DNA of 64,000 bases, taken from NCBI GenBank assembly GCA_013265495.1, contig MU058650.1, positions 1,058,267 to 1,122,266 of the forward strand. Reading direction: 5' to 3'. Made by a program: the position numbers and the translations under genes. The notes below the pieces were generated by a model, which worked only from the letters and a program-made list of their open reading frames with translations, searched no databases and was not told where the DNA came from. The stretch is from Vicugna vicugna (taxonomy: Eukaryota). This document shows positions 1-11,385 of this stretch, in pieces. Within the stretch, counting starts at the first letter, position 1. Each line of letters begins with the position of its first letter.

Positions 1-1097
1 TTTTATCCCTAATGTCTAGTACAATACGTGACACATGGTAGTTTCACATAAGCTGAATGAATGAATAAATGAACTAAAGAAAAAGAAGCTAGGTAGACCC
101 AAGCCCACTAGCTGGAACGTTATTTAACAATCTGGATTCACATTTCTGGTCCCAGAGGAGAGCTAGCATCCTGTTTGGGGGTGACCTACACAGCACTTGG
201 GTGACTAGGGACAACACTGAGGTCACACTGTGGTGATTCAGGGAACCCCAGGTCCCAGGGAAGATTGTACACAAAAGGAGACTTGTAAGTGAGATTGGAA
301 TTTAACCCCAATGACCAGGACTCCTGAACCCAGGAGAAATGGGCGTAGTTACTAGCCCCAGCTAATGGTTGTCCTGCCTCCACAAAAACGACCCAAAATG
401 TGGTCTGCAACTGGGTCCTATCAGTAGATCCAATCTTAGGAAGTCAGAGAGAGAAAAGCAGGTGAGGAATGACGAGCAAAGAGAAACTGCGCAGAGAATC
501 ACAGCTGCTCTCTTTATCTAATCAGGCTGGTGTTCCAGGATGCTGAAGAATGTGAGGATAAAGACGTGCAGTCAGATGCTTTGGAGAGCTACAGTGAAGC
601 ATGGTTTGCGTGCAGTCCCTGACGGAAACTAAGGCGATAGTTTGTCATCCAAGCGTACATCTGCTTACTCACATCTGGTTAGTGAAGTCTACGATCCTCA
701 GTTCCCACGTAGGCGAAATGGCATAATGTATGGAAAGTGCCTAGTACGAGGCTTCACATGCAGTAGATTCAGTAAATGCTACCTGGCATAAATGTTGGCA
801 CCAAGACTCAGACTTAGGTGAAGGGAACATTGTCACTTATTTTGTCCATCCCCCTCTCCACCACCACACACACACACCCTCTCAAACCACTGAAAAGACT
901 AGTAACCCGCTACCAAAGGGCCCTGGAGCCATATGACCATGGCAGGCATGCTGCACACTAAATCGTTAGCAATTGCACACCCATATGTGTAGCCCAACTC
1001 TGACATTAGGAACAGGACATCAAGGACCATACGCTGCTAGTCCCCAAATTTGGTGGAAGTCCATCAAAATAATGACCTTTGTTCCTTTAACTATACC

Positions 1098-1560
1098 AGG
1101 GTACTTAATCTTGGCTACACATTAGAATCACCTGGAGTCCTTCCAAAAATGAATAATGCTCAGATTCAATCCCAGAACAATTGGCAACTTCTGGAAATAG
1201 GGCTCATTCATGGGTCATTGTCTAAAGATTCCAGGTGATTCTAATGTGCTAAGTATGCAGAGACCATGGACCATAGTGTTGGCACCACTTAGGAGCTTGT
1301 TTAAAATGCAAGATCTCAGGCTCCAACTCAGACTGAATCAGAATTTGAACTGAATTAGAACCTGCATTTAAAAGGGAGCTCCTGGTGATTCACAATCAGG
1401 TCAAAGTTTGATTCTCACAATATAATTATCAAAAAGACTTTTGGAAAAAATGCAGATTCTTGGGCTCTCCCCCCTATTTTTTTTTTTTTTGTTTAATCAG
1501 TCCAAGGAGGACCCAGGATAAGTGTTTTGAAAAATCACCCCTGAGTATATAAACTGCGCA
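1098..1560. mobile_element. MER5-like hAT-Charlie MITE remnants
   Basis: Motifs cattagaatcacctgg and ccaggtgattctaatgtgc, typical of MER5. Confidence 0.65.
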
Positions 1561-2313
1561 GCCAGGTGTCACAATGCCAAGTAGGCAATGCCTCAGCGAC
1601 AGGCTAATTTCAGCGGGCAATGCCTCTATGAAGGGTGCTATGAAAAACGAGGCTTAACAGTTCCTTTCTCTACGATTATGTCAGGATCAGCAAAAGATCG
1701 AATGGATTCGTCTAGTACGGGATGTGCAAGCGACATGTTTAAGAAATGTCTATTTCATGGCTCCTTTTTAAACATACATGTTATATTTTCTATTCCCTCC
1801 TTGTTAAAAATGTAACTGAGTAACGACTGGCCCGATTTGCATGGTGACAATAACCAAACTGGAACATGTTTCTCTTGGGGTCATGACTCATGTTCTAGTT
1901 TTACTTGGTGACAAATAACTTTAAATATTTATATGAACGCTAACATGGAAATATTACAGAGTAAAATATACATTCTTTTATGAATCTTAATGGTCAAACA
2001 CAAGACTTCAAAGAAACGTTGTGCTTTTAGTGGACAGTTCGGGTTGTGCTTCAGACGTCCTCATGAAATGGATTTATTTTCCTTCTCCCTTTGGGACTAC
2101 TTCAGAGGGAAAGTTTGAGGAGCATTGACCGATGGAATCATCTGAAATGTGACACCCGTAATTGACTTGGTTTCAAATCCTCAGCAGTTGGAGGATCTTG
2201 GCTTATCTCAAATGCCACAGATACTGTAGCATTTGTCACTTTCAATCCCAGCCAAGGGTCAAATGCAGGATGCTAAAATAAATTCTAAAAGTCATTTTTT
2301 GTGGTTGACTTAC

Positions 2314-2319
2314 TTTATT
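2314..2319 (-). terminator. SLN: SLN polyadenylation signal AATAAA
   Basis: tttatt on the plus strand, ~430 nt after the stop codon, consistent with the short SLN mRNA. Confidence 0.8.
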
Positions 2320-2745
2320 CACATGATAGCTAGAGGGGCTGACAAAGACTTCCTTTAACATTTCTCTCTTCTGGCAGGTTGATTTACAGTTTGCTTGCTG
2401 AGTGTGGGTTGAAGGGATGTGTGGTGAGACAGATCAGGGGCTTGTTAAAATTCTATGGCATCGTGAATCCAGTTTACTTTTACCCTTGTGGCTTGTCTAA
2501 CACATTTGCAGTAAGAGTTGGGGGATAAATCTAACACTCCCTGGCAAACACTTGGCAGCCCTTGAGAGCAGCATCTTTAGAGGTCACAGGATCGATCCTG
2601 ACACTGGCGGCACCTCAGATGCTGTGCGTGCAGGTCAGAAGTGCCGTGAGGTGCCGAAAAAGGCATCCCATGACAGGAGTGGGAGCTCAGGGCACACAGA
2701 AGACAGCTCTGGAGCGTTGCAGTCAATTCCAGGAGCTGTGGCATC

Positions 2746-2841
2746 TCAGTACTGATAGGACCTCACAAGGAGCCAAATGAGGATAACCGTGATCAGGACA
2801 ACGGTGAAGTTGAGACACAGCTCCCGGGTGGATCGCTCCAT
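2746..2841 (-). CDS. SLN: Sarcolipin, 31-aa SERCA-regulatory micropeptide (complete CDS, within exon 2)
   Basis: Hand translation of the minus strand gives [35 protein letters not shown]. ATG at 2841-2839 in a strong Kozak context (AGAATGG); TGA at 2748-2746. The sequence is recognisably sarcolipin, and SLN is the known neighbour of SLC35F2. Confidence 0.98.
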
Positions 2842-3000
2842 TCTCAGAGGGGCTCAGTGACAACTGAAGGCAGACTTCTGACGGCACTCCAGAGACCTCC
2901 TGTTTGTCCTTACCTCCTGACAGAAAGCAGCAGAGAAAACACAGGACATCCGTGAGCATTCTTTCCTCAAAGGAAATAGGAGCATTGTAGTAGAGGAACC

Positions 3001-3480
3001 TGTTACAGGCTGAATTGTGATCCCCCCACAAATTCATATGTTGAAATCTCAACCCCCAGCATCTTGGAGTGTGACTGTATTTGGAGATAGGACCTTTCAA
3101 GAGATGATTAAGTTGAAATGAGGTCATTAAAGGGGGGAGGGTATAGCTCAAGTGGTAGAGCGCACGCTTAGCATGCACAAGGCCCTGGGTTCAATCCCCA
3201 GGACCTCCATTAAAATATAATAGTCATGTGAAGACATGGGAAGAAAACAGGCCACGTGCAGGCCCCCGAGAGAGGCATCAGGAGGAGTCACTGTGCCAGC
3301 GCCTCGACCGCAGCTTTCTGGCCTCCAGACTGTCTTTGGACTAGAGCAGCTGCTCCTCCCTGGGTTTCCAGCCACCTTGCAGATTCTTAGCTTGCCGGCC
3401 TCCACAACCCCATGAGCCAATTACATACATCACCCCCGCCCCCCATAGGCTCTTTTCCTCTGAAGAACCCAGACTTACAC
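3001..3480 (+). mobile_element. MLT1-type MaLR LTR in the SLN intron, interrupted by a SINE
   Basis: ggctgaattgtg..ccccc.caaattcatatgttgaa...gtgactgtatttggagatagg is an MLT1 signature. Confidence 0.75.
3131..3222 (+). mobile_element. tRNA-derived SINE (camelid Vic-1-like)
   Basis: ggggagggtatagctcaagtggtagagc (A box) ... gggttcaatcccc (B box) and an A-rich tail. Confidence 0.85.
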
Positions 3481-3564
3481 AGAGAGCCTGGATTTTTTGG
3501 CCTGATGTCAAAAAGACAAACATAGCCCTGATTATTTTCTTGTGATAATTATATTGATGCTTTG

Positions 3565-3694
3565 TTGGGTTTTTTTGGAGGGGGGAGGTATTAGGTTTGT
3601 TTACTTTTTTTTTTGGAGGAGGTACTGGGGATTGAACCGAGGACCACATGTATGCTAAGCATGCGCTCCACCACTTTGAGCTACACCCTCCCCC
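3565..3694 (-). mobile_element. tRNA-derived SINE
   Basis: A and B boxes on the minus strand; TSD tgatgctttg on both sides. Confidence 0.85.
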
Positions 3695-4082
3695 TGATGC
3701 TTTGATAAAATAAAAACTATTAAATTTTGCTCTCTCCAATTTCTGTGTGTGTGTGTGTCTGTGCTTGCTTTGCTAAGTTGGAGTAATAGCAAGCAAGTTC
3801 ACCGAAACAACAACAACGAAATGTTATGGCTTAATGTTGCCCTTGCTTTGACTTACACGTAGAAGCAGGGCGCCGTAGTTTTTCAGATTTCAGGCTGACC
3901 TGTCTTCGTCTAACCCTGTGCAAGCATGAAGCACTTTCAGCAGCTGCTTGCCCTCTTAAGAGCCCTGCGTTGGGCACAGAGCCTCTGGGGTCAACCAAAA
4001 GTCCCTCACATAACAGACACTCAGTCCAAAGAGCAAGTGTTAACCTCATGGGTACTTCTATTTCAACAAGGGCCTGTGCCAG

Positions 4083-4092
4083 CTATTTTTAG
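4083..4092. promoter_or_regulatory. Perfect MEF2 consensus site in the SLN intron
   Basis: CTATTTTTAG (reverse complement CTAAAAATAG) matches CTA(A/T)4TAG. Confidence 0.6.
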
Positions 4093-6771
4093 TCAAGTCC
4101 AGGATGTGCTTATATTGTAAACACTTCAAAAAGCAAGGGTGGTATCTTTAGAGTTTGCACAGACAGTACATGCGAGAAATCACACTTTGTGAACGTGTGC
4201 GATGCAGTCGATAAGATTCTTACTTCCAGTGATGCGGCATAACTGGCGCTGTGTATAAGGTTTAAAGATAAAATTCTAGATATTGAGGACAAAAGTCCAC
4301 TATGGAGTGAAAAAGTCGGGGGAAAGAGTGTTTTGTTTATTTGCTAAGGGTGGAGGTTCAGGGGGCAAGAAGGGTTGTTCGCAAGATGGTATTTTTAACC
4401 ATTTAACCTCACTGAATTATTAACTATAATTACTGTATTTGTTTTACTATTAGTGGACCAAATTACCAATTGTATAAACCAGCTGAATGATCACTTTTCA
4501 TATTATGTAATTGCCAGCATAATAGACAAGTTCAAATAAGATTGTATCCACCAGTAGGTTGTTGAATCTTGGTTTAAAGTATGGCCAATGATAATTGATT
4601 TATGTTTCATTTTCCTTTTAATTCTCACTTCTATTCTTGCCTTCTGCATGAGGGATATGGTAAATTTCCAATGAAAATCTTTATAAAGATTTGCTTGAAG
4701 CTGAAAATAAACAGGAAAATGAAGGACAAAAGAAGTAGCAAGAATGCAAACAGGAGCAGAGGGGAACAGGAAGATGACAGATCCAGGTGAGGAGCCTGGA
4801 AGCAAAGAAATGAGAATCTAAAGCAGATTCTTCCCTATAAATTTATTAATAAAGTTAAATCCTGGTCCAAATGACAATTTGTTTGGGTAAGTTCTGAAGA
4901 AATACAGAGATATGCAAAAAATATGAGACCCTATTTATACTGATTAAAGCAACTTAATTCGGGGAGGGCATAGCAACTGTCCCACCAAATCTGCTTATTT
5001 GCTTAAACTCTTGAATAAAAGAAATTATGGATAGTGGCCCAATGGGAACATACTCAGAAAATGTTGCCACAGCTTTGTTCACGTGACCTTCACAACTCCG
5101 TGACCTTCACAACTCAGGCAGGTTTTATCGTGATTTTTCTCTCTCCCAAGCTGAGAAACTGACTTACAGAGAGTGGGTAAGCTGTTTGTGTAATGACACA
5201 TAGCAAGTGAGAGGCAGAGCTCAAACTGGCAGACTGGAAATAGCTGCTGGAGTTGTGGATGCTCCGTAGGAGTGATTACAGGAATGTGTTATTACTGCAG
5301 ATATCTGCCCTGGCTAAACAAAGTTCGTGTAAATTTTCAACCTTTGGGAAAACAATTTGACATTTTTTATTAAGGTTTATAATGCTCATTCCCTTTAATC
5401 CAGCTATTTCCCTTCTACTGTAGAAACTCAAACACATATATACCAGGACACATGCACGAAAATGTTCATAGCAACACTTTCACAGTATTCCCCAGCTGGA
5501 ACCAACTCATACGTCCACCAAGGATAGAATGGACGTGAGTTGTGGTATATTCATATATTTGAATGCTATAGGGCAAAGAAAATACATGATTGTATACGTA
5601 TATAATAAGATGGATGAATCTAACAAACACAATTATTGGGCCAAAGAGGAACTTACAAAAAACTCCACAGAATCTGACTCCATTTCTACAAAGTCCCAAA
5701 CAGGAAACACAATCATATTGTTTAGCAATGCAGACATAGATGGTAAAATTATAAAGAAAAGCATGGATAAGATTATCTCAACAATCAAGATGCTAATTAC
5801 TTCTGGTGTGGCAAAAAGGGGACGTAATCACGAATGAACTCCTGGGGTGCTGGCAATGCTCTGTTTCTTGACCTGGGTGATATTTATACAGGTGTTGACT
5901 TAAAATGATCGTTCAAATGGTAAGTTTTAGGCAAGTCTCCAGAATTTTTCCGATAGTCTCTGAATTGACAGGTTACCCATCACACTTATTTCCTATGATT
6001 TACCTCTTACTATTTCTTGCACTTAAATATTTGTTGTTTTAAATACTTTTTAAAATTAGTAAAACACAGAATTCAAGTGAGAATGTTTGATGAATCCAAC
6101 CCAATCAATACATATGCTAACTCTAAGGGGTAGGTTTTACTTTCACACACATTTATGCCAAAATTAAGCAAAAACTCAGATTAGCTTCTATCTTCTAAAA
6201 TCTTCCATTTTTCTGCTGTTAATCCACAAAGACAATTTTGGCTTCATTTTAAATCTTTCGTGAAGTCAAGATCACACCATGTGATCCAAAGTGATTGCTG
6301 TATGGTGAAATAGAAACAAAAATCCCTGAATAAACTGTTTGACTTTCTTTGAATGGAGACTTTGAAAAGATGGAAAACATACTTTCCTCTACGATGTGTG
6401 GGGGGAAAAATTTTTAACAGGAAAGGAGAAAATGCATACCATGAGGTGCAGATAAAGAAAACAAGAATCAATAACATTGACTTTCTACTTTAAGAAATAC
6501 TGTGTACAATAGCCAACATTTTATAATAACTGCCAATGGAATATAACCTTTAAAATCATGAATCAGTATGTTGTACACCTGTAACATGTAATGTACATCA
6601 ATTAAACTTCCATTAAAAATGAAAAAAATTGTTAAATGGTGAAAAAAGAAATACTCGGTACAATAGGCATTGCTTGTCTCATTAAGAAATGTACATACTC
6701 CTCTGCCCTTCTCATTTGCACCTTGCACACATATGCACACTGAACGCCAGGCATAAAGATCCTGCTGTTAC

Positions 6772-6870
6772 CTGAACAGGGTCAAGGACACACTGGGCTG
6801 CGGAAGGCTTCTCCTGTCTCTCTCCAACTCGGGTTCCAACTCCTGCTCGTCTCCCAGGCTGTCTGGACTC
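6772..6870 (-). other. SLN: SLN non-coding exon 1 (5'UTR); TSS approximate
   Basis: The minus strand reads AGTCCAGACAGCCTGGGAG...TGACCCTGTTCAG|gtaaca. This resembles the human SLN 5'UTR as I recall it. Canonical donor GT at 6771-6770; single intron of ~3.85 kb. Confidence 0.85.
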
Positions 6871-7249
6871 CTGGACTCTGGGCAGGGCCTAAAGTAGTCC
6901 AAGGGAGGTGGCAATCACTGTGATGTCACTGATGAAACATCTCGAAGGAACAACCTCCAAGGGTTGGAGGCTATTTGTGTTTAGGGGGACGGGGAAATGT
7001 GTTGACTAAGACGGTTCCGTTGGCTGCCAGTTTGTATGAACAGCCCAGGGACTTAAAGTCTTTTCTTTCCAGTTGACATTTGGTGCAATTGATGTAGGTT
7101 TTAAATTCATCTTTTACATCTTCACGAATATCTCTAACATATGTTTAAAGCATCGTAAACCGAGAGTGATAGACTAATATTAGCAAACCATTGCTGCATT
7201 TGACTGCTCCCCTACTTGGCATGTGAGGGTGTAAAATGTGACTTCATTT

Positions 7250-7765
7250 AACCACCTGCGTTTTCAGCTTCGTGAAGCATGAAGAGTTCCCTGCCTTGCA
7301 CACGTGTACCCCAAACTACACACACAAGAACCAGAATTCAGCAGGCATCTTTAGCCCCTTCAAAACTGACTTTAGTCCAATTGGTGAAAGTTATCTCCCC
7401 AGTCACCTGTTCCACATAATTTTCCGGCTAAGCTGTATGTTGCAAGTTTACACATTAATATACAGTTTCATCTGAAACAGCTGTGGGAGCCATGGGTATG
7501 TATCTCTGTCCATGTACTCATACAGCAGTAAACTCATACAGCTGAGCTCGGTCATTTGAACAGATTGAGGGCAGCTGGAAAACTGGTCAAAACTAGTGAA
7601 AAACACGAGTTACAGAGTATATCAGAAAGAAATCAAATTGTATAACTTGCAAATATAAACAATGACTAAAACTAGACTGTTAAAATGAGTTTGTAACTAA
7701 CATTCCAGATGTCTGGAGGTAAACGGAGCCTCTCAAGTGTTTAACTTGAACACACACCAACTGAA
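7250..7765. promoter_or_regulatory. SLN upstream region with an E-box cluster and an MCAT motif
   Basis: CAGCTG at 7478, 7539 and 7572; CACCTG at 7253 and 7404; CATCTG at 7469; ACATTCCA at 7700. All lie 0.4-0.9 kb upstream of the inferred TSS. Confidence 0.5.
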
Positions 7766-7790
7766 CATGACCCCACCCCCCCCCCCCCCC

Positions 7791-7954
7791 NNNNNNNNNN
7801 NNNNNNNNNNNNNNNNNNNNNNNNNNNNNNNNNNNNNNNNNNNNNNNNNNNNNNNNNNNNNNNNNNNNNNNNNNNNNNNNNNNNNNNNNNNNNNNNNNNN
7901 NNNNNNNNNNNNNNNNNNNNNNNNNNNNNNNNNNNNNNNNNNNNNNNNNNNNNN
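7791..7954. other. Assembly gap (164 N) flanked by poly-C
   Basis: N run with C homopolymers on both sides. Confidence 0.99.
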
Positions 7955-10202
7955 CCCCCCCCCCCGGCGATTGTGTTTGTTCATCAAATCCTTTATTAGA
8001 TGATGGAACACATCTCCCCTCTGAATACCCCAGTTAGGGTCAATCAAAATAATACATGCCCAGAGACATGAACAAAATCCCCTACATCATTGTGTTCATA
8101 GCCAAAGCTTTCCCCTTCATTCCTCATGCCCCAGAAATATTACTAAAGGAAGGACTTTCCATTCCGTATCTTCATTTTGACATAAACCCAGTGATGGGGA
8201 ATCTTAATACAACAACCTATTGTCACATGTAAAAAGACATCTTGTTGAAGTGACAGGTAGTACATAGTAATTATAGTGCTGTCAAACCTTGGCAGACTCC
8301 TTGAATGTAATCAGATTTCTTTCTTTTGTTTCCAAGCCCTTGCCATAGAATTTCAAATGCTAGAAATGTTTTCTACTCACTAAGCCACACCCATTCTTTT
8401 TTTTTAACCACTCAAAATTATTTCTTTGCCCAGTTAAAAAGTTCTATATTTATTGTAGGAAATGTAAAAATAGGAAAATATAAAGAAAAATTAAATTACC
8501 TTTAATATCACCACCCAGAAAGAAAAGTAATTTATATTATTTTTCATTCATGTTTGAGGTTGTATAGGCACCATTTCAAGTTTTTAAGATATTTTTGGTA
8601 AAGGAATCTGATGCTTGAAAAAAATCTGATTCTGTAAGAATCAAATTATTCATAACCTACCATCTGTTGTGGGACAAGCATTCATTTTGCTTACGTTGGA
8701 ATAGGAATTAGCTGTACACTATTTAAAATGTTAAATACAATGGGGAAATGTTAACATATCACCAAACAGCTCAGCAATACTGTCAGTGTAACTGAACTGG
8801 TCAATTTCAATGCAACTTAAAGGAAAAATCTTACTGCTTATTCATGAGTCAGTTGAGTTTGTCTGCTTGGTTTTCCCATTTAAGTTTTTCCAACATTATA
8901 CCAGGGGCTGCTGTGCCCAGGGCTCTGGCAAATTCCCAGACGGAGACTTCAGGAGCTTCTTAACATGAGCGGTTTATCCTGGGATGTCATGAGAGCGGGT
9001 GTCATGTCACTAGTTTGACCTAACCCTCTCCTGAAAGACAGGCAAGCGACCCAAAGTCACTTGGCTATTCAAGGGCCTAAGGCAGAGTTTAACCCTGAGG
9101 CTCTGCGAGCCTATTTAAAAACAATAACAGGAACAACATTGTTGTAGGTGGAGTAACACTTCAAACCTCTGTACTAAAGAAAAGTTCTCTCTTTACATCA
9201 ACCTAACTTTGTTCTGCTGCTATTTTCTTTTCTGTGAGCAATTCCTGTGACTTAACATCCTGTATCAACTTCCTCTCCAAGTGTCAGTCCTTCCATCCTC
9301 AGGAGGACACACTAAATAATCTTTGACATTATTCCTATGCCTCTAATCTAGCATTCAGCCCAGGGCCAAAAGCGTTAAGAAAACAACACTCACATTGACC
9401 GTGGTACTGAGGAGCTAACTGGCATTTGTTCCCTCCACCCCACCACCATATACGTTCCTAAGTGTAAAATCGATTTTGAGCTCTTAGGCCTGCTTAAGAG
9501 CCAAACTAACTTGTGTAATTTATTTCCGATTTCCATCCACCTTTTTATGTGAGGAAGCCAGAAGTGAACGCTTCGTGTCAGTCCATGAATTCGACAAGTC
9601 TCTGACACAATGGGAGACTTCAGCAAGGCCTTAATGACAGACGATAAGGTCTCAGCCCATCACGGTGATGAGTAAGATGGTCATGGTACCCCCCTCACCT
9701 TCACATCTTCACGTCCAGATGGTCATGGAGCAGCTTTCTGCTTTTCTCTTTCATTATCCCAAACACGTGAGAAAGAGGAAACCATATTTCTTGAGGCTGT
9801 CTCCATGTCCTTGAAACATTAATAGTTATTATCTGTATTTTTAACCACTTGTGGCACATGTGCGATTTTTGTCTCACTAACTGAATTTTAATTTCAAAGG
9901 CAGAGATAGTTTCTTGTTTTTCTTTTGTTTCTCTAACTGTGCATCAAACTGGTGAAGAATCATAATAGATGCCCTAAACTATGTAACAAAGGGGCTCCAT
10001 GTGAACCTCCATCACATCACATCTCTGAGCATTCCAGGCAAACTGAGTGGGGGAGATGGAGGTCAATATCAAATCTACTCATAAAAGGACGCAGAAGCCA
10101 CCTGGGAGAGAAAACTCCTCTAAAGGGAAGGACTGGAGAAGGTACACGTGGTTCAGCAACAGGGAGAATGGATGATGACGCCAATGCACAGAACAAATGC
10201 AC

Positions 10203-10620
10203 TGTGTCAGTCTAGGTCCTATGAGAAGCAAGATGCCAGAACAGGACTAAATGTGCAAAAGAAAAAGACGTACTGGGGGAAATGCCTGTGAGAGAAAATG
10301 TGGGGGGGGGGGGAAACAGACAGTCACCAAACAGCAAAAGAAAGAGATAGGAAAACGGGAAGGGAGGTTGTGCGAAGCATCTTAGACTACAATTAAGTTC
10401 GAAGGAAAGTTTGCCAAGGCTGTTAGGAAACCTCAAATCAAAGCCATCTGTCAGCGATGTCCCGTGTCCCCCAGGATGAGATGACATTTGTATTCCTCCC
10501 ATGCTCAATTATTGACTGAGAGCAGCCAGGGAAGCGTGGCCTCTGGGCAGACGTGACTATGATTTCAGAGGAGAGCAGCTAGGGGACATCTCAGTGACGA
10601 TGCAGTCATGTCTGAGAGGC
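10203..10620. mobile_element. Old ERVL-type LTR fragment (LTR16/LTR41-like)
   Basis: tgtcagtctaggtcc..gagaagca.gatgccaga..gggggaaatgcctgtga resembles ERVL LTR termini; family uncertain. Confidence 0.4.
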
Positions 10621-11385
10621 ACGGTCCGTCACCACCACACCCACATGCTACCCATCCTGCCTCCCTACAGCTTGGTGTCCGAGTCCTAGAGGAAGCGAGA
10701 GCCATGGGCACAAACTCCATAACCCTTTGAACAGTTAACCTCAACGATGTGGAACACTGAAAGGGACCGAGACATTCTCCATCTACCTGTGCCATCTCGT
10801 GGACCTCAGTGCATCCGTGGAACCAGCAATGGAATATCCTTCCAATGAAGTGTCACGGAGCCTGGCAGAAGCAGAAATACGACTCAAGACTTCCTTGCAG
10901 TTTATATTAAGCTGTGTGGCAGATGACAGCAGAGAGGAGCTTGGGCTAAAGGGCAAGAAAATGGCAGGCGCCATGTGGTCGCCGACAGTACGTGTGCACG
11001 AGCACATGTCACCCACTCCCTAAGGCTGCCAGAAATAATCGAGAGGAGCACTGCAGGGGCATGCAGCCTTGCATAATAGGTGGGAGCAAGAGCCAGAAAA
11101 ATACGTATTAGTCCTGTTTACAATAACCCATTTTAAGTCCTGGATTGGTGAGGTGACACCTGTTAACATCATTTGACTTGGAACCAATTAAATTCCTCTT
11201 CTCTGGAACAAGTGTATTTCTGCTCTATAATAAGATTCTGCAAGCAAACAGCTTTCTCTCAGCCCATTAAAGATAGCTGCCGAAGGGGGGAAAAAAGAAA
11301 TAAGAAGCAGCCAAAAATGTGTTTACTACTAGGCTAACACCATCTGCCCTCAAAACACTCCCAGATTTCAGATGGCCTGTGTTAT

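Larger units (their letters stand above)
2295..2916 (-). other. SLN: SLN exon 2 (5'UTR part, CDS and 3'UTR)
   Basis: Polypyrimidine tract and acceptor ttttctctgctgctttctgtcAG (AG at 2918-2917). AATAAA on the minus strand at 2319-2314. The 3' end is estimated ~20 nt downstream of the signal. Confidence 0.85.

Noticed and set aside
2552..3178. Longer ORFs overlapping SLN exon 2
   Set aside because: Wrong frame or strand, partly SINE/LTR-derived; the real CDS is the 31-aa SLN
3131..3210. tRNA-like sequences with A and B boxes (here and at seven other sites)
   Set aside because: They have A-rich tails, mostly visible TSDs and are diverged copies, so they are SINEs rather than tRNA genes
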